Assembly (NCBI GenBank): GCA_937911445.1
Contig: CALDQY010000189.1
Span: forward strand, 185 to 64,184
From: an uncultured Rhodobiaceae bacterium
GTDB taxonomy: Archaea; Thermoplasmatota; Poseidoniia; Poseidoniales; Poseidoniaceae
DNA length: 64,000 nt
Direction: 5' to 3'
The notes under the pieces are model-generated. The model was not told where the DNA came from. It did not search any database and saw nothing but the letters and a program-made list of their open reading frames with translations. Positions within the stretch are counted from its first letter, which is position 1; each line of letters opens with the position of its first letter. Positions 19,843 through 29,351 of this stretch are shown piece after piece. A program made the position numbers and the translations under genes.

Positions 19843-22692
19843 ATGAGTCTACCCCCGATTGACTTGGCAGTGTTCCATGACAATGGTTACACTCGGCATC
19901 AATGCCGTATCACTGACTTGTGGTTCTGGACATGCGATCCCCAACGGACGACCTGCGGAGATACTCACGAAGATGAATATTCCTTTATTGGAAAACCACT
20001 TATCGAGGGATTCGAACAACGTGGTCGTGCTTTGAAAGATGCAATGCGAGAAGCCTTCCTATCGTTTTTTGAAAAACATCAACATCATCGTGTTGAGCCC
20101 TATCCTGTTCTTGCACGATGGCGCGATGATATTCACCTCACCATCGCATCGATTGCAGACTTCCAACCTCACGTGACCTCAGGCCAAGTGGCGCCTCCGG
20201 CGAACCCGCTCACCATCTCACAACCGTGCATTCGTTTGACGGACGTTGATGCTGTTGGTCGTTCAGGTCGACACTTGACGACGTTCGAAATGATGGCTCA
20301 CCACGTTTTCAATCGACCTGATGATGGCGAGATGTACTACTGGATGGAAGAATGCGTTGCTTACTGTCATTCCATGCTAACCGAAACATTCGGGATTGAC
20401 GAAAAGGAAATCACCTACGTGGAGAATCCATGGTGTGGTGGAGGGAATGCAGGCCCTGCAGTCGAAGTCATTGTTGGCGGTCTCGAACTTGCAACGCTGG
20501 TGTTCATGAATCTCGAAGAATCGGACGATGGTGACATTGAACTCAAAGGAGATCGCTACAAAGAAATGCCACTGCAAATTATCGATACTGGCTATGGCCT
20601 TGAGCGATTTTGTTGGGCTGCTGCAGGAACACCCACCATCTACGAAGCGATTTACCCCGAAACGGTTGCTTGGCTCAAAGATCTGTCTGGCTTCTCAGAT
20701 GTCGTCACCCGATGGCCTGATTTGGATCTCGATCAACTCCTTGGTGAGATGAGCCGTCTCAATGGAATAATGAACATCGAGCCCGGTGTTGATGCAGACG
20801 AACTTTCTCAGCTGTTCATCGCTCGTCTCGGACAACGTGGCGTTGATTTGACGAAAGAGCAATTCATGGCCATTACCGAGCCTTTGTCGCGTGTCTATGC
20901 CATTCCGGACCACCTTCACGCCTTGACGCATATGCTCGGAGATGGACTCGTTCCATCCAATGCAAAAGCTGGATACCTAGCACGTATGCTTGCCCGTCGA
21001 ATTTTAAGAATGCGTGATGATTTAGGAATGGACGTATCACTTTCTGATCTCATCAACCATCATCTTGATGTCAACATGAGTGGGCATGAAATGAAACAAA
21101 CAAGGGATGGACTCTTGACCATCATGAATCTCGAAGAGGAACGTTACAGCGAAGTGTTGAGGAAAGGAACCAATCTGATTCAACAGTCCTTGAAATCTGT
21201 TGACCAAGGTGCTGAAGAATTACCGGATGAGTTGCTCTTCCAACTCAATGATTCGCATGGGTTACCTCCTGACATGGTCATCAACATGGCACAGAAGAGT
21301 GGATGGACACATTTGCGACTCCGAACAGGTTTCTCTGCGGAAATGGCTGAACGACATGCTAAGATGGCAAAGGCTGCAGCCGCAACAAGCCAACAATCCT
21401 CACTCGTTGATCAATTACCGGTTCTTCCAGAAACGGTTCCTTTGTACTACAATGATGTTCAACAACGGAGTTTCGATGCGAGCGTGTTGGCTTCCATCCC
21501 TCTTGTTGGGGGGGTTGGGCCTGAAGGGGCGACACATGCAGTTGTTCTCTCTGAAACTTGTTTTTACCCTGAAGGCGGAGGTCAAGAAGGGGATTATGGG
21601 TCACTTACGACAGACGGAACCTCACGTCAAGTTTTGGACACGCAGAAGGAACAGAACCTTATCCTGCATCTCTGTGATGGCCCCCTTGAAATCGGGGACC
21701 TTGTTCACGGAACCATTGACTGGCGTCGACGGAAGCAGCTGATGGATCATCATACTGCTGTCCACATCGTAGGAGGTGCTGCACGACGCATTCTTGGCCC
21801 TCACATCTATCAAGCAGGAGCGAACAAATCAACAGAACTTGCTCGTCTGGACATCACACATTACCGTCGGCTTACTCGTGACGATTTGGATGCCATTGAA
21901 ATTCTTGCAAACGAAGTTCTTGGACAGGTTTCTCGTACTGAAAAGACCATCCTTCCTCGCCATGAAGCTGACAAGAAACATGGATTTGACCTCTATCAAG
22001 GAGGTGCTCCCAAAGGCAACGAAATTCGCGTGCTCCGCATCTCTGACCACGATGTACAGGCTTGTGGTGGAACACATCATGATGAGCCTGGCCAAATCGG
22101 ATCGATTCGCGTGGTACGGTCCACTGCGGTTCAAGACGGTGTCGAGCGTCTCCACATCGTCGCGGGTGAGTCCGCACTCAAGTTTGCTCGTGAACAAGAC
22201 GAATTGCTCCGAGCAACATCGCAAACATTTGCTGTCTCCTCAGAAGACCTTCCGAAAACGGCAGAGCGTTTCTTCTCCGAGTGGAAAGAACAACGTAAGC
22301 GCATTGAACAACTCGAGGCAGAAATCGTTCGACTTCGAACCTCGGGCGGTGGAGATGATTCAATGACCATTGACGGCGTTCGTGTCGTTATCATGGAAGT
22401 TGAAGGGAACTTGAAACAGTTGACTTCGATGTTGCAAGAACTTACACGTGACGCTGCAACACCGACACTCGCAGTGTTGGGTTCCAAGGAAGGTGGTGGT
22501 AAACTCATGGTTGCATGTACAGAAAATACGATTGCAGCAGAACGTTACAACGCAGTTGATTTGCTTCGCTCCATTATTCCAAACATCAAGGGTGGCGGTG
22601 GTGGTCGTCCAACCATGGCTCAAGGTGGAGGTTCGGATGCAACCGGTCTGGATAATGCATTGCAAGCCGCGAAAGACCTTGTTCAATCATAA
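19843..22692 (+). CDS. alaS: alanyl-tRNA synthetase (archaeal type)
   Basis: 'FHDNGYTRHQCRITDLWFWTCDPQRTTCGD' matches the archaeal AlaRS N-terminus. Editing domain 'HHTAVHIVGGA' and 'CGGTHH'. C-terminal DHHA1-like 'GGGGGRPTMAQGGG'. Start moved to ATG 19843, which is preceded by GGAGG. Confidence 0.85.
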   Translation: MSLPPIDLAVFHDNGYTRHQCRITDLWFWTCDPQRTTCGDTHEDEYSFIGKPLIEGFEQRGRALKDAMREAFLSFFEKHQHHRVEPYPVLARWRDDIHLTIASIADFQPHVTSGQVAPPANPLTISQPCIRLTDVDAVGRSGRHLTTFEMMAHHVFNRPDDGEMYYWMEECVAYCHSMLTETFGIDEKEITYVENPWCGGGNAGPAVEVIVGGLELATLVFMNLEESDDGDIELKGDRYKEMPLQIIDTGYGLERFCWAAAGTPTIYEAIYPETVAWLKDLSGFSDVVTRWPDLDLDQLLGEMSRLNGIMNIEPGVDADELSQLFIARLGQRGVDLTKEQFMAITEPLSRVYAIPDHLHALTHMLGDGLVPSNAKAGYLARMLARRILRMRDDLGMDVSLSDLINHHLDVNMSGHEMKQTRDGLLTIMNLEEERYSEVLRKGTNLIQQSLKSVDQGAEELPDELLFQLNDSHGLPPDMVINMAQKSGWTHLRLRTGFSAEMAERHAKMAKAAAATSQQSSLVDQLPVLPETVPLYYNDVQQRSFDASVLASIPLVGGVGPEGATHAVVLSETCFYPEGGGQEGDYGSLTTDGTSRQVLDTQKEQNLILHLCDGPLEIGDLVHGTIDWRRRKQLMDHHTAVHIVGGAARRILGPHIYQAGANKSTELARLDITHYRRLTRDDLDAIEILANEVLGQVSRTEKTILPRHEADKKHGFDLYQGGAPKGNEIRVLRISDHDVQACGGTHHDEPGQIGSIRVVRSTAVQDGVERLHIVAGESALKFAREQDELLRATSQTFAVSSEDLPKTAERFFSEWKEQRKRIEQLEAEIVRLRTSGGGDDSMTIDGVRVVIMEVEGNLKQLTSMLQELTRDAATPTLAVLGSKEGGGKLMVACTENTIAAERYNAVDLLRSIIPNIKGGGGGRPTMAQGGGSDATGLDNALQAAKDLVQS

Positions 22693-23405
22693 AGCGATTC
22701 TAGTGCCAATCTGTCAAATTCAGACGCAGCATTTTCAATGGCATCGTTCAGATTGAACCAGGCCGCAGCCTCGATTTCTCCTTGTTTCAATTTCAGTTCT
22801 TCAATCGACCCGTTCCATCGTCCACAATATGTGAAACTGACAAACGATACACCGTCTCTGAAGAAAGATCGTTGCGTGATGACAGGTTTACGATTGTCGA
22901 GTTCAATGAGAATTCCTAACTCTTCCTGTGTTTCTCGAACGCATCCCTCTGCAGGTTCTTCACTGTGATTCATGTAGCCTCCTGGTAAACCCCAGTATCC
23001 TTTGAAAAAACCTCTCTCAACCTTTGCCATGAGAATCTCCTTCTTGTTGTTGCGAATTATGACCTTGGATACGAGACGATGAAGAGAACGGTAGACCGCT
23101 TCTCGTGCTACTGGGTGAACAGCGTTGTCGGAGACGACTTTGTCTTTCCAGGTCCAATGCTCGGGCCAATCCATTTCTGGTTCACCGTGCAAGACTGTGT
23201 ATGTCTCATTTCCAAACCGAAGATCGGTTTCACGACCTGCTGTCCATGATATTCCATGATGTTCAACTTCCTCAGGTGTTGGGAATCGTAGCAAAATTTC
23301 GTTTGTGTTCCGGCCCATGATGCAATCTTTGGGTCCATCACCATTCTCATCCACCAGCAGAAGTTTTCCGTCGTGTTCGAGATAGACGACGGTTCTCGGG
23401 TGCAT
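22683..23405 (-). CDS. NUDIX hydrolase
   Basis: Nudix box 'GLPGGYMNHSEEPAEGCVRETQEELG' (GX5EX7REUXEEXGU). Confidence 0.75.
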   Translation of the reverse strand: MHPRTVVYLEHDGKLLLVDENGDGPKDCIMGRNTNEILLRFPTPEEVEHHGISWTAGRETDLRFGNETYTVLHGEPEMDWPEHWTWKDKVVSDNAVHPVAREAVYRSLHRLVSKVIIRNNKKEILMAKVERGFFKGYWGLPGGYMNHSEEPAEGCVRETQEELGILIELDNRKPVITQRSFFRDGVSFVSFTYCGRWNGSIEELKLKQGEIEAAAWFNLNDAIENAASEFDRLALESLYD

Positions 23406-23485
23406 GGTCCTTCCTTGACTTCTCCCTTCATGAAGCCTCGTCTTTGATGGAATGGGTTGAAGTAGGACTTTGCCCTCGTTGAATC

Positions 23486-24193
23486 ATGCACGTAGAAGAC
23501 ATTCGTCCAGAGGGCTGGGCTTGCACATACCTCGTCGCAAACAACGGTGAAGCCGTTCTAATCGACCCTGTGTATGACTACATCAAGCATTATGAAACAG
23601 TGCTTGCAGAACGAGACCTCAAGCTCGCAGCATGCATGGCAACACATACCCATGCCGATCACATCACCGCCTGCTTTACGCTTAGTGAGGACCGAAGCAT
23701 TCCGTTTTACATGTGGAAGGATACTGCCTCTCTTGGTGTAACGGATTACATCGATGAGGACTCCACCATTACCATTGCTGGTGTGGAGTACACATTCCTT
23801 CACGTACCAGGGCACACGCAAGATTCTGTGATTATTTGCATTGATGGTCACATTTTTACTGGCGACTTTTTGTTCAACGGTGATGCTGGTGTTGGACGTG
23901 ATGACCTGCCTAGTGGTCGTCTTCTCGAACACTGGAATTCAATACAGTCGCTTTCTGTGTTGCCCGATCATGTACTCGTCTGCAGTGGTCATGAACCACC
24001 AGGGACAGAGTTGCAAACACTCGGATGGAATCGTGAGCACAACCCAATCTTGACCATGGCCTCGTTTGAGGAATTTGTGGAGTGGCAAACTCAAACAGCC
24101 GAAAAGCTCGGCTCTGTATCGAAAATCAAAACCGCCCTCCCGGCAAACATATTCGCAGAAATTCCTGATGACATTCCTTGGCTTTCACAGTAA
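23486..24193 (+). CDS. MBL-fold metallo-hydrolase
   Basis: 'HTHADH' zinc-binding motif, followed by downstream His/Asp ligands ('HVPGHT', 'GDFLF'). Confidence 0.75.
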   Translation: MHVEDIRPEGWACTYLVANNGEAVLIDPVYDYIKHYETVLAERDLKLAACMATHTHADHITACFTLSEDRSIPFYMWKDTASLGVTDYIDEDSTITIAGVEYTFLHVPGHTQDSVIICIDGHIFTGDFLFNGDAGVGRDDLPSGRLLEHWNSIQSLSVLPDHVLVCSGHEPPGTELQTLGWNREHNPILTMASFEEFVEWQTQTAEKLGSVSKIKTALPANIFAEIPDDIPWLSQ

Positions 24194-24228
24194 GTGCAAA
24201 CACATTTGAAGTGCCTTCTCGTCGGTTG

Positions 24229-26766
24229 AATATGTCCAAATTGCAACGTAAGAAAATCCACTTGGTTTTTTTCCTTCAATTGGTATTCCTGCTTTCACTG
24301 TCGTCACCTCTTGTACAAGGTACAAACCCATACGGTGACGTTAGTAAAATGGACGCAGCTCTCGAGTCCGCCTTGCAATCGGCACAAGATGTCGATGAAT
24401 CCTTCGAGGTGATCTTCCAACTCCATTCGCCTGTGACAGATGCTGATTTGGCTTACTTCTCTAAGATCGGAGCGACGCACCTTCACGAAGCGAAACTGAT
24501 TGATGGTGGATTAATTGAAGCCCCTACGGATGTTCTTCGAAAACTTTCAAACTGGGAACGAGTCGAATATCTTGAATTAAACCGTGAATTGGATTTCTTC
24601 TATTTGCCGCCTGATTGGGGTGGTAATCCGACGGATCCCTCCCTTATGATGCATGAAACAACACATGTCGTTCGAGCAACAGACGCATGGCACCGAGCCA
24701 TCATCGATGTCAATGGAAATGTACAGTTTGAAACGGACAATGCTTTCACCGAATGGGACGGAGATGGAACCGCTGTTGTCGACCTCGATACTGGTGTTGA
24801 TGCGGGCCATCCAGACTTCGATTATCTTGAACCTTGGACTGGTGAGAAAGTGATCTACTCCGCAAAATGGAATGGCGTTTGGACAGAAACTCGAAACTCC
24901 GACACATCCTCAGGACACGGAACACACGTCGGTGGCACCATTGCAGGAAACGGTGATGCATCTGCTGGACGAAGAGCAGGCGTTGCGAAGGGTGGACAAA
25001 TGGTCGCATTAGGAACGGGCGATGGCGCCTCCATCTTTGCTGCAGAGCAAGGTCTCGAGTGGACGTTTGAACACTCAATTCCATCGCAAAACCCGTATCA
25101 TATTCGTGTTGTATCGAATTCATGGGGGACAGACGGTGATTACGATCCAAACGGCGCTATCGCTACAATCACTGACAGACTCACTTTCGAAAACGGTGTT
25201 GCCGTTATCTTTGCCGCTTCCAATTCAGGTGGCTCAGGTGGTGGAGGCGAATGTGGTGGAGATTTGCGAACAAACGTGTACGCCAACACGCCTTCTGCGA
25301 TCTCCGTTGCTGCTCTGACCCATGACGGAACTCAGGTCACTTCGTTTTCTTCAAGAGGTTGTATGAATCAACAGCATACATGGCCAGATGTCGGCGCTCC
25401 AGGACGTGACATTTGGGCGACAGCCCCTCGTGGAACCGCCATCGACGCAAGCACTCGGACGCAAGGTGACCTGTATTACATGGCCATCTCAGGTACATCC
25501 ATGGCAACCCCTCACGTTGGTGGCATGGCTGGAGTTATTCTCGATATCGCACCATCCTTGGGTGTCGCAGATTATCATCGCGAAGATCACGATGAAGGTG
25601 ATAGCCTCGTCGGGGGTGAGGGTACTGCTGCATATGGGCAATTTGAAGATTGGGATACAGCCAACTATTCACGTGTTCACGAACTTGAATTGATTCTCGA
25701 ATTAACGGCTCGCTACGAAGGAATGGAAAATTCTTGCGAAGACGGGAACAGTGAAGATTCATGCAACGATATTCCGGAGGAATGTTATCGTTCGGCAACT
25801 GGTGAATGCCACGATTGGAGAATTGGGCACGGATTGACGGATGTCGATGCGGCTATGGCATTGGCACGAACACTTCAACTCATGCGCGACCAAGATGGCG
25901 ACGGTTTCGTTGATCATCCCGAATACACAGTTTGGGATGCATGGGCCATTTACGAATCCATGATGGTTGAAGCATCCATCCCTGTTAACACAGACCGAGT
26001 AAGTCATAGCTGGAAGGGCGATTGGAATCATTTCAACAACGGTGCTACCGGTGCTGTGTATTACACCGAAGATTCGCATTACGTTTGGATTCCAAATGGA
26101 ACTACCCAAATGGAGGCTCGGTTCGTACCAACAGAATTTGATTTGGATACCGCCCAAGGAGGTGCCTTGCAACTTGAAATCGATCTTGGAGAAGATGGTA
26201 GCAACGATGCACAAGGCGCGTGTACACGTGTTTCGGACGCTTGGATTTGCGACCTCGATGTTGAATCATCGCACTGGAATTCATGGGCACATTTTGATGT
26301 CACAGGTCAGGCATTCACGTTCTTCGGTATCCTCAACGATCCTGAGTTCTTTGAATCCCGAATTCCCTACACGGTTGACGTTACACTCACGTTGGACTTG
26401 AGCGAACCTGTCGATATTTCCGTCGAGCAACGACCTGATTTCTACTCGGACCTCGACCCTGCCTCTCCCTCGGATGCTTACGATTCTGAGTACGATGGTA
26501 TGCTCACCTTCACACGACCAGTGTACGACCAACAAGCCGTTGCAGCATTGATTCAACCAAAGGAAGTTGCCACAGACGATGTTGAAGGAGGCTTCTTCTC
26601 CGCTCTTGGAGATCTGTTTTCCGAATACTTCGGGGCTGCAAGTTTCTTCTTCTTGTTCGTTCTTCTAAGTGCCCTCGGAATTGGATATCTCGTGCGATCG
26701 AGCCGAATCGATGAACCGAAACTGTTGGTTTCTACATCCGTAGATGCTGAACTCATCGAAGATTAG
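24229..26766 (+). CDS. secreted subtilisin-like serine protease (S8) with large C-terminal extension and C-terminal TM anchor
   Basis: Signal peptide 'IHLVFFLQLVFLLSLSSPLVQG'. Catalytic 'VVDLDTGVD', 'HGTHVGGT' and 'GTSMATPHVGG'. C-terminal 'FFFLFVLLSALGIGYLV'. Start at Met 24229 preferred over 24178. Confidence 0.85.
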   Translation, partial: NMSKLQRKKIHLVFFLQLVFLLSLSSPLVQGTNPYGDVSKMDAALESALQSAQDVDESFEVIFQLHSPVTDADLAYFSKIGATHLHEAKLIDGGLIEAPTDVLRKLSNWERVEYLELNRELDFFYLPPDWGGNPTDPSLMMHETTHVVRATDAWHRAIIDVNGNVQFETDNAFTEWDGDGTAVVDLDTGVDAGHPDFDYLEPWTGEKVIYSAKWNGVWTETRNSDTSSGHGTHVGGTIAGNGDASAGRRAGVAKGGQMVALGTGDGASIFAAEQGLEWTFEHSIPSQNPYHIRVVSNSWGTDGDYDPNGAIATITDRLTFENGVAVIFAASNSGGSGGGGECGGDLRTNVYANTPSAISVAALTHDGTQVTSFSSRGCMNQQHTWPDVGAPGRDIWATAPRGTAIDASTRTQGDLYYMAISGTSMATPHVGGMAGVILDIAPSLGVADYHREDHDEGDSLVGGEGTAAYGQFEDWDTANYSRVHELELILELTARYEGMENSCEDGNSEDSCNDIPEECYRSATGECHDWRIGHGLTDVDAAMALARTLQLMRDQDGDGFVDHPEYTVWDAWAIYESMMVEASIPVNTDRVSHSWKGDWNHFNNGATGAVYYTEDSHYVWIPNGTTQMEARFVPTEFDLDTAQGGALQLEIDLGEDGSNDAQGACTRVSDAWICDLDVESSHWNSWAHFDVTGQAFTFFGILNDPEFFESRIPYTVDVTLTLDLSEPVDISVEQRPDFYSDLDPASPSDAYDSEYDGMLTFTRPVYDQQAVAALIQPKEVATDDVEGGFFSALGDLFSEYFGAASFFFLFVLLSALGIGYLVRSSRIDEPKLLVSTSVDAELIED

Positions 26767-28055
26767 AGAGGGTTCTGTGGTGCTTCTTTTGGAGCACTAC
26801 TTGGCATCGATTCGAGATCCTCAAAGGTTAGTTGTCCGGTGTGAATTTCTTCAATTTCTTGAAGCCGCTCAGCCATTGGTTTTCGTACAATAAATTCGAT
26901 ACGACCTTTGCTTCGTGTCAAATCGTAGGAAAGTGGGTCAAGTGCTTCGATGACCTGTTGTTCGAACGATCGTTGTACTCTTCGTCCTCTCCAAATCGAA
27001 TACCCCCATTGATATGCAATCCCAACGATAGCCGCACCGTAGAGGATGGCAAGGAAGGTTGCAGCAAACAAGGCGGCATTTCCGCCGCGGGCTTCCTCAA
27101 GCAAATCTCGCCCAAGGAGAAATATCAGACCAACACCAACTAAAGGTTTGAGCAGCGACTCTACCCACTGGTCAATCGGTATGAGTCGACCTTTGGATGG
27201 GTCAACAAAGACTAGGTCTGTTTCAAACGCTGTTGATAGTACCCCGACCAGTGCCAACAAAGCGATATACAACAAGGAGGAGAGAATGATTTCAGTTCCA
27301 AAGTTATCCAACTTGAAGATCCAATGAACAATCAAATAGGCGAACAATCCCAAAAATACACCACGTGGTACTCTGTGAAAGTGCTCGATGTGCTGTGAAA
27401 ATTCAGTGTAATTTCGCTCTTGTGCAGGATTACCACGGTGGGCTTGAGGGATGTGGATGATTTGCCAATGCATCGTTCGCTCGACGAGGCTCATGATTCG
27501 AATCAAGATTCGTCGCCTGATAAGAACAAATTCAACCAAAAGAATCACGGGCAGACCAACCAGCATGACTGGAAGTGCAACGATGAATGCGAGTGGAAAA
27601 ATAATCAAAGCTGGAAGGATAAGGAAATGGGAAATCGATAATGGATTCAATATGTCAGCCTCAATCAACCGTTGTCGTGATGGAGTAATTCTCAAGCTTC
27701 GAGCAACATCGTTCAGTGAATGTCGATAACTTTCCAATTGTCTTCCAGAATCTATGATTTGTCGAACGTTGGTTCGGTACTCGGATTCTTCATGACTTCC
27801 ACCGATCCAATACTGCCACATAAAGCGGAGCGGAATCGCTGTCAAAACAGGTACAGATAGGATGCCTAGGGCCCAGACAAGTGATTGAAGATCAACCTCT
27901 GCTGCCATAGGCTCACTGGACCGTCCCAGTTTTCTCCTTCCTATCAATCCATTGTGAAAAACTCGAAGCGAACCCAATGTTCTAACACCTCTTCGATAAG
28001 CATCATCCATGCGAAGAGTAGCCGTAACCGACGGTATGGCGCAAGAGGCCGTCAA
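26763..28055 (-). CDS. hypothetical polytopic membrane protein
   Basis: 430-aa ORF with about 8 hydrophobic helices. True start probably internal (e.g. MAAEVDLQSL), since the ORF N-terminus overlaps the serA-like gene start. Confidence 0.5.
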   Translation of the reverse strand: MTASCAIPSVTATLRMDDAYRRGVRTLGSLRVFHNGLIGRRKLGRSSEPMAAEVDLQSLVWALGILSVPVLTAIPLRFMWQYWIGGSHEESEYRTNVRQIIDSGRQLESYRHSLNDVARSLRITPSRQRLIEADILNPLSISHFLILPALIIFPLAFIVALPVMLVGLPVILLVEFVLIRRRILIRIMSLVERTMHWQIIHIPQAHRGNPAQERNYTEFSQHIEHFHRVPRGVFLGLFAYLIVHWIFKLDNFGTEIILSSLLYIALLALVGVLSTAFETDLVFVDPSKGRLIPIDQWVESLLKPLVGVGLIFLLGRDLLEEARGGNAALFAATFLAILYGAAIVGIAYQWGYSIWRGRRVQRSFEQQVIEALDPLSYDLTRSKGRIEFIVRKPMAERLQEIEEIHTGQLTFEDLESMPSSAPKEAPQNPL

Positions 28056-28995
28056 GAAACTCGAAAGCGCTGGTTGCGAGGTTGTTCAGGATTTCATCGA
28101 ACACGCCCAACTGGTTGATGGGGCATTGGCTGATTTCGATGCAATCATCGTTCGCAGTGCAACCAAACTAACGAAAGAAATGTTGGAAGCAAGTCAACCT
28201 CGCTTGAAGGTGGTTGCTCGTGCAGGCGTTGGTGTCGATAACATCGATCTTGACGCAGCATCTCGTCTCGGCCTACCGGTCGTCAACGCACCTCGGGCGA
28301 GTACTCAGAGCGTTGTTGAACTCACCGTTGGCCATTTGCTGTCTTCGCTTCGCTTCATCCCTCGTGCCGATCGATCACTGCGTGATGGTGGGTGGGCGAA
28401 AAAAGAACTCAAAGGGACAGAGCTCTATGGAAAACGACTCGGCCTTGTTGGTTTCGGACGAATCGCACAAGGCGTTGCGAACGTCGCTCAAGCGTTTGGA
28501 ATGGAGGTTCATTCCTACGATCCCTATCTCCCACTTGCTATCGCTAGGAAGGCAGGTGTGACGATGCACAAAAACGTCGACAATCTCTTCAAAACATGTA
28601 CGCATATCTCCATTCACTGCAACTTGACTGAGGAAACACATCATCTTGTCAATCAAAAGCGCATCAGTATGATGCCCGGCGTCGATCCGTTCAATCTCAA
28701 ATGTGGCAATCATGTCGTTAACTGTGCACGAGGAGGCATCGTTGATGAAGATGCAGCTTTCGAAGCACTTGAATCTGGACAATTGTCGTCCTTGGCCCTT
28801 GACGTCTTCGAATACGAGCCAGTTGATCCCACATCCCCTCTTCTTCAACATCCGAATTTCCATGGTACGCCTCATATCGGTGCTGCTACCATCGAAGCAC
28901 AGCGTCGTGTAGGGCTTGATATCGTCGATGCCGTCCTCACTGTTTTGGATGGTGGCATGGCCGAAACCACTGTCAATCGAAGCAATCTTTCCTGA
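28009..28995 (+). CDS. serA: D-3-phosphoglycerate dehydrogenase / D-isomer-specific 2-hydroxyacid dehydrogenase
   Basis: NAD-binding 'GLVGFGRIAQ'. Catalytic 'NCARGGIVDE' and His near the C-terminus ('HIGAAT'). Confidence 0.75.
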   Translation: MRRVAVTDGMAQEAVKKLESAGCEVVQDFIEHAQLVDGALADFDAIIVRSATKLTKEMLEASQPRLKVVARAGVGVDNIDLDAASRLGLPVVNAPRASTQSVVELTVGHLLSSLRFIPRADRSLRDGGWAKKELKGTELYGKRLGLVGFGRIAQGVANVAQAFGMEVHSYDPYLPLAIARKAGVTMHKNVDNLFKTCTHISIHCNLTEETHHLVNQKRISMMPGVDPFNLKCGNHVVNCARGGIVDEDAAFEALESGQLSSLALDVFEYEPVDPTSPLLQHPNFHGTPHIGAATIEAQRRVGLDIVDAVLTVLDGGMAETTVNRSNLS

Positions 28996-29057
28996 CCATT
29001 TTCACTTTTCAGAAGGGGTTCGCACAACGCTTCCCTAGCGTTCGTCGTTCCAACACC

Positions 29058-29351
29058 ATGGGACGAACTGTACCAACCTGGCGAGGACGCGTTGAACAAG
29101 AGATCGAAATTCTCGTACCGTACCGGCGCGCATTATCCCATGAGGATCGCTGTCGTTTTGATGCGATGCTCCATGATGTTCGAATGCGTCGAGCAGCAGG
29201 TGGCATGCTTCCTGCGCACGAGGCGTGGAGGCCGATGCTTTTGTCGATGATTCTTGGTGCTCATGAACGAATTCAAGCGCTTGAACAACGTATTGCATCT
29301 CTTCAACAACATATTTTGTCTTTGGATGGAGACGGTCATGACCAGCACTAG
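29058..29351 (+). CDS. hypothetical small Arg-rich protein, translationally coupled to the PolB gene
   Basis: 97-aa ORF. Its stop (TAG 29349-51) lies 11-23 nt inside the PolB start (ATG 29326/29338). Could be a regulator or accessory subunit. Confidence 0.35.
   Translation: MGRTVPTWRGRVEQEIEILVPYRRALSHEDRCRFDAMLHDVRMRRAAGGMLPAHEAWRPMLLSMILGAHERIQALEQRIASLQQHILSLDGDGHDQH

Noticed and set aside
26042-26556. Cluster of small ORFs on both strands at 26.0-26.6 kb
   Set aside because: All lie inside the 3' extension of the secreted subtilase gene (24229..26766), in alternative frames.
28960-28985. CACTGTC heptamer upstream of the small ORF/PolB operon, resembling half of the ACACTGTCGACAAGTGT dyad
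   Set aside because: A single 7-mer match is expected several times by chance in 64 kb and lies inside serA coding sequence. It is not sufficient to call a second operator.
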